From Cenococcum geophilum (Eukaryota): a stretch of 64,000 bases of DNA. The position numbers were made by a program, and so were the translations under genes. The notes below the pieces were generated by a model, which worked only from the letters and a program-made list of their open reading frames with translations, did not search any database and was not told where the DNA came from. Shown piece by piece: positions 26,201-40,715 of the stretch. The DNA lies in contig CP158635.1 of assembly GCA_050273025.1 (NCBI GenBank), positions 6,572,001 through 6,636,000 on the forward strand. Direction: 5' to 3'. Within the stretch, counting starts at the first letter, position 1, and the number at the start of each line of letters is the position of its first letter.

Positions 26201-29200
26201 TTTTAACTACTATCTCTAACTATAGTTAATAGATTTTAAGAACTGGCTCCTAGGTAAATAACTACTTAATCTTCTTAAACAGTTCCTCTTATTCCTCTTC
26301 CTATACCTATAGTTCTTCTTTCTTTATTAATTTTATAAGTAGCTTAATATTCTTTAACTATTAAGCTATAAACCTTCTATAGTAGTTGCAAAACCCTAGA
26401 AATAACCTTAACTATATTATATTTTCTAGTTCTTACCAATTTACTATAGCCTTAATCTTCTTTAAATCTATATTAAGTTAGCCTAGTTTAATAATAAATC
26501 TAATAAAATCGGTCTTCCTAGTAAAAAACTTATATTTCTTAATTACTACTAGCATCTATTCCTCCTATAGTCTCTTTAAGACCTATTTAACGTGTTCTCT
26601 ATATTCTTCCTCGCTTATTAAGTAGATAATAATATTATTAAGGTATACTATAACAAATTTATCTAAGTGCTCTTTTAATATATTGTTAATACGCTTCTAA
26701 AACGTTGCTAGTGCGTTTATAAGCCTAAATTATATAACTAGTAGTTTATATAGTTCTTCCTTTAACTTAAAGGCTACCTTTTATTTATTGCCTTCCTTAA
26801 TTCTAATCTAATAGTACGCCTATCTTAGATCTATCTTTATAAAGATTTGCGCGTTGCTAATTCTATCTTAGATTTCACTAATTAAGGGTAAAGGATACCT
26901 ATTCTTTCTAGTAATACTATTTAACTGTCTATAGTTAATATATAGCCTAAGTTTTCTATTCTTCTTTAGTACGAATAGTACTAGATATCCTGTTAATAAC
27001 TATAATAATCTAATATATCCCTTTTAAAGATTTTCTTAGATAAACTCCTTAAGTGCCTATAACTCTTTTTCTATTAACTTATAAGTTAGGTAAAACCTTA
27101 AACTTATTTTTAGTTCTAGTTCTATTTTATAGTCCTATACTATATAATCTAATAGCTTTTTACTTTCTAGTGACTATAACTTCTTGCCGTATTTATAGTA
27201 TTTCTTTAGTATATAGCTTAATCCTTAATTAGTCTCCTTATATATCGCTCCAACTTAGTACTATACCAACTTAGTTTGTTATTGTATCTTATATTATTAT
27301 ATATCTCTAATATTAACCTAACCTATAATCTAATTAATCTTTAGATTATATTCCTATAACTAAGGTATTCCTAATACTGCCTTATTATTCCCTAATAGTA
27401 ATATATTAAAAGACATCTTAACTTATCTCCCTTTAATAGTTATCTAAATTAGTCCTATTTTAAGATTAATAATGCCTCCTCTATAGGCTATTAGATCTCC
27501 TAAAATTATTACTAATAGATAAGGGTGCTCTTTTTGCCTATATAGTAGCCCTATCCTTTTAACTACTATTAGTAAGATATAGTTCTATATCGCTCTACTA
27601 TCTACTAACGCTTTAAACTATTAATCTTACTAATTAACCTTTAGGTTTAGGTATTGTCCTTAAATTTCTTTAAGGGTCTAAGGCTCTACTACTAGCTCCC
27701 TCTAGTTTTATAGGCCTCTACTTTTCCTAACTATTAGCTACTTAATCCTATTATACTTAGCTTACTCTTTAGCTAATACCTAGTTCGCTTTTTATCTTTA
27801 ATATACTATAAATAGGTATTCTCTAGATATTCCCACTATTGTTATCTATTTAAGTATTCTTCTATAAGGAATCTTCCTAGTTAAAGTATTAAGTCTCCTT
27901 TCTCTTAGACTTTTACTAGATGCTAACCGTATATATACTTAGTATTCCTATACTATTATTTATCTATTATCCAGTATATCCTTATAGGGTATTTCCAATT
28001 CTTTTCCTTTAGATTTTTGTGCATTTTATATATATTATCTACGCATATAATCCATAATAGCGTATAGTATGCTAGGTGCTTTAGGTTAACTCTTAGCTTA
28101 TCTTTATCTTTAAGTTTAAACCTCTACCGCACTAATCTAAACGTTATAACTTTATTTATAGGTACTAAGATATATCTCTTGCTTCTCTAGTCCTCTAATT
28201 ATTCCTTTAGATCCTTTAATATTATAATTAAGGCTCCCTTAATATAATTTATCGCTTTTTCCGTAATTAGGTGGTCTTAGATAACTTTTTTTATCTAACT
28301 ATATATAGAAATCTTTTTACTTATTATTGTGTTGTTGCCGATACTACTTTTAGTATAGCTGCTAGAGTATATATGGTTTGTCCGTAAGGAAGTATCTTCT
28401 TATTACTGCATTATAACAGCCCTTTATATATCGTTCTTTAAACCTAGTAGGAATCCCTAGATCCTCTTCGTTTTCTAGTTTAGTAAGCCACTTAGCTCTT
28501 AGTGTGCCTATTCTTAGCCTATTAGTAATTCTTTATATAGGTACTCTATCCCTTATACAACCTTGTGTACTAAATCTTATATCTAGTTTCTTTTCTTACT
28601 ATATAATAATTCTTGCTCTAAACTCTTCTATAGTTTCTTTTAGTTTATATCTTATAATTAGATCCTTAAAGTTCTCTTACTTCTTAATTACTATATTAAC
28701 TTTTTAATCTTTAGGTTGCGTACTATATTTACCTAATAAGTCTTCTAGGTCTATATATCTATCTTCTAATCTAATTACTATTTATATTATAGATTCTCTA
28801 ATCTATAGTAAAGTCTTTTACTTCTTTCTTATAGGTATCCTTATTCGTACTCCAAATTCTTAACCCCTTAGATTCTTTAATCCTAAGCTTGCTTCTTTCT
28901 TAAGCTACGCTCTAGCCTTAGTCTAACTAGGCTTTACTAGTGTCCTCGTCTTATCTTAAGAGTTCTAGATTTTACTTATCTTGTCTTAAAAGTCTTATAC
29001 CTTTAGGAAACTTTATCCTAAGCTTATTTATATATTACTAAACTAAGCTATTACTCTATCCTATTAGTTTTCGTCTATTATAGGTCCTTAAGCATACCTT
29101 ATTTTATCTTAAGAATCTTAGTTATCTTTTATCTCATCTTAAGAATCTTAAGCCTTTAGCCTTTTACCTTTATTAAGTTATAAGCTAGCACTAGCAGTTA

Positions 29201-31216
29201 TCTGCTTACTTAATTATCTTTAAATATTACTTCTTCCGTCTTATAAAGTAATAGATGCCGTATTTAATAGTGTTATAATACCCATTATTAAACCTTACTC
29301 TATAGCGGTCCTAGTCTCTACTTCTATTATATTATTAAGGTTTAAATACCCCTAATTAGTTCCTTTACTATCCTTATTGCTATTAATTAATAAGTACTCT
29401 AACTCTATTATTATTATTACTAATTATTATCCGTATATTATTATAATATCTTAATCTAGCTTATAGAGTTAATCTTATTCTTTATCTAACTCTTTAGTTC
29501 CTTTAAGTCCTTTTAACTCTAGCTTTTATAGCTAATAGCTTATACTATACTTAGCGTCTTTATAAATTCGGCATATATTATTATAATAAAACGCAAAACT
29601 TTTAATTAAACATTCTTTTATTTCTTATAATATACTATTGTCCCTTTATACGTATATATTACATACTACTAGTTTAGTTCCCTTTACTGCGTAATAACTC
29701 TAACTACTTTTATAGTTTTTAGTAAAATAACCCTATTTTCTATAATTTATATAAGCTCCGTTTTTAAACTATTACTTTTATTATAGAGTCCGCTTAAATA
29801 TCTTCTACTATTAAAATCCTTAGTTTAGCCTATACTCCTTAGTCCTATAATTACTTAATCCTTAACCTTTAGGTTTTTATAGTTTCTTACTCCATCTCTT
29901 ATAGGTTTCTTTAGTACTACTTAGGTCTATTAGCTCTACGCTATACTATAGTTTCTAACTTAGCTTTAGTTATTGCGTACTCTATGTTTTATATAACTAT
30001 AGAACTCTATCCTAGCCTCTCTTAGCCTATTCTCTTTAGAAGATCCTATTATTAATCTTAATTACTTAATCTATTAATTCCCTTAGGGTATCTACATCTT
30101 CCATTAAAATAATTACGTCCTAGACTTTAGCCTTAAGTCCCTATTTATACTATACTATAAGCGCCTTATTGTTTTATTTAACCTATATAGCAAGTGTTTA
30201 AAACTGTGTTATATACTTAATTGCTAAAGTTTGCTATATTAGGTTCTAAAGCTTTCTCTTTACTATAGTTATTGCTTCCGGGTCCCTAAATATTTATATT
30301 AATTATTTCACAAATCCTACCTAGCTAGAAAACACAAATCGTACCTCTTAATTAGTAGTAGTTATTCTATTAGTCTATATTTCCGTTAAATAGGGTTTAA
30401 ACTATTTAAGTGCCTATCCTATTAGGAATAGTTCTATGTAGGCTATCTAATCTATTAATATAGCTAACTTAGCCCCTTTTTATATAACCTTAAAATGCAT
30501 TTATATTAGGAATCCTTTAAGCTTTAATCTCTCCCCTAAGAATCGTTTAATTAAAGGTAACTTAACCTTCGCTGCTCTAATCCCATTAAGTCTTTCTTTA
30601 AGTATTTAGTTGTTCTTATTTAACCTATTAATAATTTCCTATAACTGCCTAACCGTAACTAGTTGTAAGTTAGTATCTTATATACTTATATCTTTACTTA
30701 ACCTTAAAATAGTTGCTGCCGTTAATGGCGTCATAGTGGCTGCTTTTGGTGGCATATTATTTAACTTATTAAAACCATAACTATGGTAGTAATTATATAA
30801 CAGAGCCTTATAGTAGGAACTATAGTGGACTTATTAATAGGCTAGGTATATAGGTATTATAAATAAGTTAACAACGTAATAATAACTAGTAGAGTAGTTA
30901 CCCAACAGATTAACTCTAATTGTATTCTAAGAATTACTATAAGGAAGGAACTATCTAGGTAGGGACTAAGGGTCCTTAAATACACAACCGTACTCCTAAG
31001 AAAGTCGTTACTCTATCTACTCTGCCTACTCTATTCACTCTATTATAGATCTCGCAGATTATATAGATTACACAGATTATATCACGTAACTCTACTTACT
31101 ATTCCTCGTTATATAGTTCCACGGGTTCTATCTTAGACCGTGCTTGTATTAACCAACTAGCTTCTTCCAACTCCTCTCTAAGTAGTCGTAACATTGTACT
31201 TAAAGCGTTCGTAATA
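23211..31216 (-). mobile_element. Full-length RIP-degenerate Ty3/Gypsy (chromovirus-type) LTR retrotransposon
   Basis: 421-bp direct LTRs 23211-23631 and 30796-31216; TSD TATGG/TACGG; gag start MPPKAA at 30755; protease ALVDSRA (~27590-27612); RT YLNNIIIY (~26622-26645); integrase; chromodomain-like GYNKTT*KLLENLKNA (~24390-24440). Confidence 0.92.
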
Positions 31217-33063
31217 TACGGCCTCTATTTAGGCGGTATAAGGCAGCTTCTAATAGGCTAGCGAGTAAATTACGTGTTTTGTGGAAAAATAAAGCCTATA
31301 TAGGATGGTAGGGTATAGGGACCTAATAATTTAGCGGAAGATTAGGTTATCCGCTTTCCTAGGTTTATTTAGCCTACCCTACGCTATTTTATATGCGTTT
31401 TAACCAAGGCTATTACCTAGCCTTAGCCGCCCAAATCTTTAGTTGTGCTGTAGAAGAGTATAAGATAATAAAATATTATTTTATCTACTCTGTCAACACC
31501 TTTAAATCCTTCTATACTTACTAGAGTATCTTCTTTATCCTAAAATATAGCTCTAGATTATCCTTCTCCTACCTTTTACTATTTAGAAATACTACTTTTC
31601 GGAGCCTATTAACCTAGGGGACTAATAACTAATAGTACGGCGTAAAGTACTCCTCCGCTATTTTAATAAAATCACCTTTATAAGCTACCTCTCCTTTTTT
31701 TAACTTAGCTAGCTCTTTAGTGTCTATATAATTCTACTTCTCAAACCTTAGAATAGGCTTGCGCTCCTTATTTAGACCCTTGTAATAAATATACATCTAG
31801 AAAAGCACTTAGAAGAACGACTCTAAATTATGCCTAAAGGAGTGTTTCTTGCCTAGAAGCACTCCTATAGCTATAAAAGCTCTTATGCTAGTCTTACCCT
31901 ATGCTCCTAAAGGTCCTTCTCGCTTCTCTTTAATCGCGAGATTAAGATTAATTAAGAATAACTTCTAGGAGGGATTATCGTCTTCCTCGTTTATTAAGAG
32001 GTTGCCTATTAAAATATCACGTTAGAGGATGCCAGCCTACGTATATAAAGACTTATATCCTTTAATGCCACCCTCTAGTGCAGCAAGCATTGCAGCTAGA
32101 GAGCTTGCCTTATAAAGAGCCTTTCTATAGTCGTAAGTAATAACGCGTTAATACACCCAATTCTATATAATAGGGCGCTTAATTAGAGAGCTTAAACACG
32201 GGCGCTTATTGGGCGGTAACAGGGCGTTAGTATAGCTAGACGACCTCTTTTTACTAGTGCTTTAGCCTTTCTTTACACTACCTTGTACTCTAGCTACGCT
32301 TAGAGGTACCATTAAGCTTTTAGGCTTATAGTTTATCGCTTTAGTAATATTTAGCCCCTTATAGATATTAAAGATGTTATTATCTTGTCCACCTATATAA
32401 ATAGTCCTATAGTGATAGTACCTGGCTACGTTAATTACTCCTTTCTCTACTACCTTATGTAGCAGTTCGCCTTCTTCCTTACGCTTTGGGTACTACTACA
32501 AGTCTTTAATAACAAGAAGTATCTTAGAGGTATTACCCTTACAGTGCGCTTTCTAGTAAGTTGTCGCCTAACCGGTAATATAGGGTGCCCGCTTTATAAG
32601 TTTATTAAGGATAAGACGCTCGGTCTAATTGTTGCGCACGACCTTAATATATTGTTTGCCGTCTAATATTAAAATAGTTAAGTTAAACCTAAGCTGCTCT
32701 TTATTTATTAAGAGAAACCCTAATATTACTAAGGTAAATTATAGTCCGTCTTTATTAATATCAAATAGTGATAATATAATGCCTCCTACCCGGTTATATT
32801 CCTATAGCCGCATAATAGATCTATAGAGGGTAAAACCTAGGACAAAGCGACGATTGTCCTAAGCGGCGAAGACTTCCCTTATATATTTCCCTAAAGCAAA
32901 CTATGCCTATAAGGCTATATTAGTATTTAGATTACTCTTTAGCTCTCCTAGCATAAGTATATATAACTAATAGCATTGAAAGCTTTCGCTAGCTATTAGA
33001 TTATCTACAAAACTAATATCTAGCTTTCGCTTCGCCGTAGACCCTTATAAGGGCTGCTTAGTA

Positions 33064-34351
33064 CAGTGCCAAGACATTAGTCTGTGCACACACGAATTCT
33101 CACCAAAATCGACACGACTTTGAACAATCGCACAACGCCGCAGCAATCAAATGCAGCCAAATCAGTATGAGATTATTTAATTACAGTTAATACTTTGTCT
33201 GCCAGCCACGTGCTTTTTTTACTGCTTCCAGCCTTCGGTCCATACTGTCGATTAACCGTCGCATAAGGCCTTGATCGATAGCCAACCACGCCTCTTTACA
33301 CGCCTCAATTAAACGCTCTAAATCCTCCTTACTTTGTCCCATCTGTTCAAGCTCTGGATGAAGCTTAAGAATCTTCCTTTTTAGTGCCAGCCAAAGGTGC
33401 TCAATTGGGTTAAGATCGGGTGAGTATGGAGGGAAATCTAGGGTCCAAACGCCGTGCGTTTCCAACCACTTCTTCACAAGATTCGACATATGGATTGGAG
33501 CATTATCCATTTGGTAGATATCCAAAGGCTCATAGATTGGCATGAGACCTTCTTCTAAGGCCCAAATATAGCTTCGGGCGCTATAGCCTTCCTTCCGCGC
33601 TAAAACGTCCCTTTCCATAGCAATCAACTCCGAACGGCCATCGTACCAAAAAGCTGCGTAGATCATCTGCGTAAGATCCTTTCCGTTGGACACCTCTGTA
33701 ATAAAGTCGTGATTCCACTTTTGTAGAGACGTTCTAAAGACCCAGACGGGCTTCTTTCCTGAGCCTCGTTCGTATGAACATTCATCAGAAAACTTAACAC
33801 GTCTCCAAGGGAAACCCTTGTACTTTCGAGCCCAGAGATACCTCAATCGAGCTACCGCTGGCGTCAGCTTTGGTCTCTTCTTGGCGAGCCACTTCGTAAT
33901 ATGGTGTTTTTTAAATAGACGTTGCAAAGTTCTATGCTCAACGGTAACCCCTGCAGCCTGACATTTAAGAGCTGCATAGTCGATTCGAGGATTCCTGCGT
34001 ACAATTCGAAGAAGTAGACGTTTCTGGCGTCGAGTAAGCTTTTCGGGCTGTCCGGGTCTGGGTAGAGATTTGAGCGTATGGTGGTTATTCCATCGATCGA
34101 TTGTATTGTAAATAACGCGACGACTGACGCGATATTTCGCCGCGATTTTAGTCTTCTCCTCCCCTGCCTCTACTGCACTAAGGATTCCAGCTCTTTGTAC
34201 ATCTGAAAGCTCTGCCCCAGGCCTTCGATTTCCACTAATTTCCGTACCAAACGAGCGTTGCATTGTAATGTTGTAAATGATTGAATTTGGTGACAATATT
34301 GCGATCGTGTGGTGTTGGTTCGCGTGTGCACAGACTAATGTCTTGGCACTG
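33064..34351 (-). mobile_element. Intact Tc1/mariner DNA transposon (1288 bp)
   Basis: 28-bp perfect TIRs CAGTGCCAAGACATTAGTCTGTGCACAC; TA TSD at 33062-33063 and 34352-34353; no RIP signature. Confidence 0.96.
33187..34263 (-). CDS. Tc1-family DD34E transposase (358 aa from the first ATG)
   Basis: Open frame with N-terminal HTH and catalytic motifs FSDE, DNAPIH and SPDLNPIEHLW, with 34 residues between the second D and E. The ORF track starts at a non-ATG codon at 34296. Confidence 0.93.
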   Translation of the reverse strand: MQRSFGTEISGNRRPGAELSDVQRAGILSAVEAGEEKTKIAAKYRVSRRVIYNTIDRWNNHHTLKSLPRPGQPEKLTRRQKRLLLRIVRRNPRIDYAALKCQAAGVTVEHRTLQRLFKKHHITKWLAKKRPKLTPAVARLRYLWARKYKGFPWRRVKFSDECSYERGSGKKPVWVFRTSLQKWNHDFITEVSNGKDLTQMIYAAFWYDGRSELIAMERDVLARKEGYSARSYIWALEEGLMPIYEPLDIYQMDNAPIHMSNLVKKWLETHGVWTLDFPPYSPDLNPIEHLWLALKRKILKLHPELEQMGQSKEDLERLIEACKEAWLAIDQGLMRRLIDSMDRRLEAVKKARGWQTKY

Positions 34352-35619
34352 TATATACGATAAGCTTTTATTATATCTTTAGGGCGGACCCATACTCCTC
34401 TGCAAAGCCTAAAAATAATTTAATTAAGTTATTAAACCACTCTAGGACATTATCTTGCTCTACGCTTTTAGGCCAGTTACGCCAGCCGCCCTTATTAACG
34501 TATAGTGGATTATCCCCTTCCTTACATTTCTTAAAAATAGCGGCGCTTACCTTTTTAAGACCTTCTACTTTCCTAAATAATGCTTTATATAAGCCAGGAA
34601 TCCCCACATAAAGAGGGCCTAGCTCCTCCTTTAAAACATTATCTGCGTATTTTCTATATTCGGACGAGTTAACAAAGCTGCTTATGTTATATAGATATAG
34701 GGTTTAAATATAGAATAGTAGCGGTCGGGGGGGAGGCGTGGACTCTATAATAGTAGCGTATACCTTTTCCCAAATAACTTCGTTAGATTTAATCCGAAGG
34801 ATCACATTTAGAAGAGGCAGGAACCGTTTAATATCGAAGTTATCGGAATTAACTACTAAATTAAGTCTTAATAGATTACTAAGGAGGTTTTTATTGCCGC
34901 TGTTGGATAGTAATAAATAAGAAGTAGGAAGGCTCTATAGAGTAAGTATTAGATTAAGTAAAATATCCTTTAGTCCTATAGGCGTTAGATAAAAACTTAT
35001 AATAGGTCTATTAATAGTTACCTTTATTACCTATCTGGTATAATAAGTCTAAAGAGCTAGGGATGCCTAGATTCTAATAAGTTAAGTTAAATAAATCGCG
35101 AAAGTCATTCAGCCCTTCCCTAATAGGCTTCGTTTTTAATCTAAAGAGATTCGCTATTACGGGCGGGCGCGCTAAGAGCTACGTTAGGAGGGCTAACGTA
35201 GTAGGCAGGTAGGTAGGCGAGAGGGGATTAAAGAGACCAGCATATAAGGATGGTATAATAGCAGAGAAGTAAATAAGTATAGGGAGGTCAAATATATATC
35301 GGGCGCGTCTTAAAATAAGGAAATAGCGAGAGAGAAAAGCGTAAGGGAGGAAGTAAGGTACGAGCGGAACGTGAGGAGGATTTAAAGGTTAGGCGTAGAA
35401 AAGTTAAGCCAATCTAACATGGCTCAGACTAAGGCTTCGCGGGGCTTAGTTAAATACTAAGCCACAATAACCTAAAGTATAGGAACATCGTTTGCAGTCC
35501 TAGTTATATAGGTTAAAAATACAGTGCGTATATAGGGTTCCGGTATTATTAGAAAGTTATAGGCAGCATTTATTAGTAATTATGGTTATTAGCTTTTAGT
35601 TTGTTTTATAACGCGTATA

Positions 35620-38600
35620 TATAACAGAGCCTTATAGCAGGAACTGCGGTGGACTTGTTAATAGGCTAGGTATATAGGTATTATAAGTAAGTTAACAATA
35701 TAATAATAACTGGTAGAGTGGTTACCTAATAGATTAACTCTAATTGTATTCTAAGAATTACTATAAGGAAGGAACTATTTAGGTAGGGACTAAGGGTCCT
35801 TAAATATATAACCGTACTCCTATAAAATCCTCCTTATATATAATATATATGTTATACGTATTATATATAGGCGTATACCGCGTATAATGTATATACTGCG
35901 TATAATATTATATAACTCGCTTACTATTCCTTATTATATAGTTCTATGGGTTTTATCCTAGACCGTGCCTATATTAACTAACTAGCTTCTTCTAACTCTT
36001 CTCTAAATAGTCGTAACATTGTACTTAAAGCGTTTGTAATACTATCTCCCTCCTCTTTATCTTTGTCCTTAAAGATACCTAGCATCTCTAAGTTATTTAC
36101 TAGAGGTATAATATCCGTCTAATTAATTTGGTTAATATCGTTACTTATAATACCTAAAGCCTCTTCTTCCTTATAAGCGCAACATTATGCCCATACTGTT
36201 GCTGCAATACTATCGCTTAGTAAGATTATACTATCTCTATATTCTTATTGTTTAAAGGTAGGGTTAGTATATGTTATAATGGCGAGTCCATTGTCTTAAT
36301 AACCCTCTTTTTACTCGGAGTGCACTAAAGTAAACGTTTAATTGTCCTGCGATATTTGCTTTACTTCTAACGCTAAGTATACACGTCCTATAACTCTTAA
36401 TAGTCTTTAAGTTCCCTAAGTAATTTATTATAGGGTCTTATGTTTAATTTACTACTATAAAGCTTAATAATAAACTGTCTATTGCCTTAGCGGAACTTTA
36501 TCGTTTATATAACGCTAAAAAGGAGGCTGCTAATGCTTAACAACGGGCTCTTAATTCTCGTCTTACTACGTCTACTTAGTTAATTTGTCTTAAGAAAGTT
36601 TATAAAAAGGTTTATTTTAAGAAGTGGAAACTTATAGAATAAGGTTTACAGGAACTTAGTAATAAAAGAACAGATTTTCCTCTAACAGAGAAGGAAACAA
36701 CTTTAAGTAGTTTGGCAGTCGCTCTTCCTAGGTCCCCCTTAGGTAACTTATTCTTTAGCGATTCCCCTTTATTAATATTACCTAACCTTTTTTCTTCTAA
36801 TACTTTTATACCTTTTCTATAGAATTCTTTAGGTTCTCTAGTAGCTCCTAGGTAGTCTTATTATAGCCTATCTACTTTACTTTATACTATATTTTATCAT
36901 CTATATCCTTATAACTAACGATCTTTAAAACTTACTATTTATCCTCTTCTTGTCCTCTATATATGTCTGCTTTATAAACCGGTAGCTTAATATTTCTGTA
37001 TACTAGCTTAAGTATTATAATATACTATATAGGGTAGATCTTTATCCTAGCTAGTAAATTTAACTTAAATATAACCAATAAAATTCTTTATATAATTTTA
37101 AAAGGTCCTAGTCTAATATAGTCTAACTTCTTACTTAGTTATTAACTCTTAAAATTTTTATATAGTAGCTATACTTTATCTCCCTCCTTAAGATCTAGTC
37201 CCTTAGATCTCTTAACATTATAGTACTTTTTTATTCTTTGCTGTATTACCTTAGCTATTTCTATAAGGTTTGCATAAAGATTTATTAAACTCTTTATTCT
37301 TTACTTAGCTATACTACTTATCTTCTTTACTTAACGTAGCGATAATAAGGTCCTTAGCTTATATCCGTAATTCGCCTTAAATAGTAACGTACCTATTCCT
37401 TTCTATAGTGTTATATTATATATAAACTATATAACTAGTAATAGCGATACCTAATTATTCTATATATAATTAATATAATGCCTTAGATACTATTCTAGTA
37501 TCTAATTTAATCTTTCTATTTAACCGTCTGTCTATAGATAATATACAGTAGAAGTTACTACTTAAACTCCTTACTCTGCTAAAAACACTTCCTAGAATAC
37601 TACTATAAATCTTAGATCTCTATCCGATATAATCTTGCGTAGTGCTCTATATCTTATAAATACTTCTTTAATATAGATTCTAGCGATATCTTTTACTAAT
37701 ATTTTTTCTAAATATACTATAAAGTATCCCTACTTTATAAGCTTATCTACTATTACTAAAATTATATTATAATCTTATCTGGTAATAGGATTTCTTAACT
37801 TTAGTAACTTAATAATAAAGTCCTATAATATAACCTCCTATAGTCTCTCTAGTATTTTAATAGGTTATAGCTTTCCGTATAGCTTATACCTTATTAATTT
37901 ATTCCTTTAGCAATCTAAATATTCTTTTATAACTTACCTAGCTAGTCCCTAAATTCTATTAATAATATACTCCTTTTAAAGTCTTAATACTAAGCCTATA
38001 GCTCCGTTATATCCTTAAGTTAGTCCTTTATAAAATAACTTAACAAACTCCTTTATAATAGCTCTTAGTATATACGTTGCTTTTTAATTTTTGTACTACT
38101 CTAAGTCTAAATCCTTTTTTTATATATTTAGGATCTTTTATATCTAATTACTCTCTAGTAATTTATAGATCTTCTCTTCTTATATTACTATAATCTTTAA
38201 ATAATTATACCTAATTAATCTATCTATATCCCTTCGCAATAAAGCCCCTAATGGCTTTTTATTATTTTATAGTTTAGCTTTTCTACTTAGAGTATCTGCT
38301 TGTGTATTCTCTATACCCTTAGTATATTAAATTTTAAAATAGTATTTTATAAGCATCTCTGCCTATCTAACCTGTCTATAATTAAGTTCTTTTATTATTA
38401 GGAACCCCGTTAGGTTTTTATAATCTATCTTAACTATAAATAGTTTCTTTATACCTTATAAGAATAATCTCTATTTTTTTAATGCTATAATTATACCTAA
38501 TAACTCCTTATTATAGATGTTATAGTTTAGTTCTGGTAGTGTTATCTTCTAACTATAGTATACTACTAGGTGCCATCTATCTTTATATTTTTATAAAAAG

Positions 38601-40715
38601 TATACTCCTAGTGTATAGTCTGATGCATTTATTTTAACTATTATCTCTAACTATAGCTAATAGATTTTAAGAACTAGCTCCTAGGTAAACAACTATTTAA
38701 CTTTCTTAAATAGTTCCTTTTATTCCTTTCCCTATACCTATAGTTCTTTCTTCTTTATTAATCTTATAAATGGCTTAATATCCTTTAACTATTAAGCTAT
38801 AAACCTTCTATAGTAGTTATAGAACCCTAGAAATAACCTTAACTATATTATATTTTCTAGTTCTTACTAATTTACTATAGCCTTAATCTTCTTTAAATCT
38901 ATACTAAGTTAGCCTAGTTTAATAATAAATCTAACAAAATCTGTCTTCCTAGTAAAGAATTTGTATTTCTTAATTACTACTAGTATCTATTCTTCTTATA
39001 GTCTCTTTAAGACCTATTTAATATGTTCTCTATATTCTTTCTTATTTATTAAGTAGATAATATTATTATTAAGGTATGCCATAATAAATTTATTTAAGTG
39101 TTCTCTTAATATATTATTAATACACTTCTAAAATATTACTAGTATATTTATAAGCCCAAATTATATAACTAGTAGTTTATATAGTTCTTCCTTTAACCTA
39201 AAGGCTACCTTCTATTTATCGCCTTCCTTAATTCTAATCTAATAGTACGCCTATTTTAGATTTATCTTTATAAAGATTTACGCGTTACTAATCCTATCTT
39301 AGATTTCGCTAATTAAGGGTAAAGGATACCTATTCTTTCTAATAATGCTATTTAACTGTCTATAGTTAATACATAGCCTAAGTTTTCTATTCTTCTTTAG
39401 TATGAATAGTACTAGATATCCCGTTAATAACTGTAATAGTCTAATATATTCCTTTTAAAGATTTTCCTAAACAAACTCCTTAAGTGCCTATAACTCTTTT
39501 TCTATTAACTTATAAGTTGGGTAGAACCTTAGACTTATTCCTAGTTTTAACTCTATCTTATAGTCCTATACTATATAATCTAACAGCTTTTTACTTTTTA
39601 GTAACTATAGCTTCTTACTATACTTATAGTATCTTTTTAGTATATAACTTAATCCTTAATTAGTCTCCTTATATATCGCTCCGACTTAGTACTATACTAA
39701 CTTAGTTTATTATTATATCTTATATTATTATATATTTTTAATATTAACCTAACCTATAACCTAATTAATCTTTGGATTATATTTCTATAATTAAGGCATT
39801 CCTAATACTGCCTTATTATTCCCTAATAGTAATATATTAAAAGATATCTTAACTTATCTCCCTTTAATGGTTATCTAAATTAGTCCTATTTTAAGATTAA
39901 TAATACCTCCTCTATAGGCTATTAGATCTCCTAAAATTATTACTAATAAATAAGGGTGCTCTTTTTGCCTATATAGTAGCCCTATCCTTTTAACTGCTAC
40001 TAGTAAGATATAGTTTTATATCGCTCTACTATCTACTAATACTTTAAACTATTAATCTTACTAATTAACTCTTAAATTTAGGTGTTGTTCTTAAATTTCT
40101 TTAAGGGTCTAAGGCTCTACTACTAGCTCCCTTTAGTTTTATGGGCCTCTACTTTTCCTAACTATTAGCTACTTAATCCTTATACACTTAACTTATTCTT
40201 TAGCTAATGCTTAGTCCACTTTTTGTCTTTAATGTATTATAGATAGGTATTCTCTAAATATTCCCACTATTATTATCTATCTAGGTATTCTTCCGTAAGG
40301 AATCTTTTTAGTTAAAGTATTAAGTCTTCTAACTCCTAAATTTCTACTAGATGCTAGCTATATATATACTTAGCATTCCTATACTATTGCTTATCTAGCG
40401 CCCAATATATCCTTATAGGGTATTTCTAGTTTTTCTCTTTTAGATTTTTGTGTATTTTATATATATCGTCTACGCATGCAATCTATAATAGCGTATAGTA
40501 TGCCGCGTGCTTTAGGTTAACTCTTAACTTATCTTTGTCCTTAAGTTTAAACCTTTATCGCGTTAATCTAAACGTTACGACTTTATTTATAGGTACTAAG
40601 ATGCGTCTCTCGCTTCTCTAGTCCTTTAATTATTTCTTTAAATTCTTTAATGTTATAATTAAGGCTCCCTTAATATAATTTATCGCTTTTTCCGTAATTA
40701 GGTGGTTTTAGATAA
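35620..40715 (-). mobile_element. 5'-truncated second copy of the 23211-31216 Gypsy family (3' LTR, pol, part of pre-protease region)
   Basis: LTR 35620-36041 and internal sequence collinear with 23211-28284; similarity stops abruptly after …GGTGGTTTTAGATAA near 40715; no second LTR. Confidence 0.9.

Larger units (their letters stand above)
31485..35157 (-). pseudogene. FunK1-family fungal protein kinase pseudogene, interrupted by a Tc1/mariner
   Basis: Minus-strand motifs GIL*RDILIGNLLINEEDDNPS, FLINLNLAI (from DLDLA), KTSIRAFIAIGVL (from TGTRAFMAIG), HSFRHNLESFF*VLF* and N-terminal PIREGLNDFR are characteristic of FunK1 kinases. Confidence 0.85.

Noticed and set aside
35420..35465. GGCTTCGCGGGGCTTAG resembling the LINE ribozyme 5' end
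   Set aside because: Only a simple hairpin (GGCTTAGT/ACTAAGCC) forms; no P1/P2/P3 pseudoknot, TSD or LINE sequence nearby.
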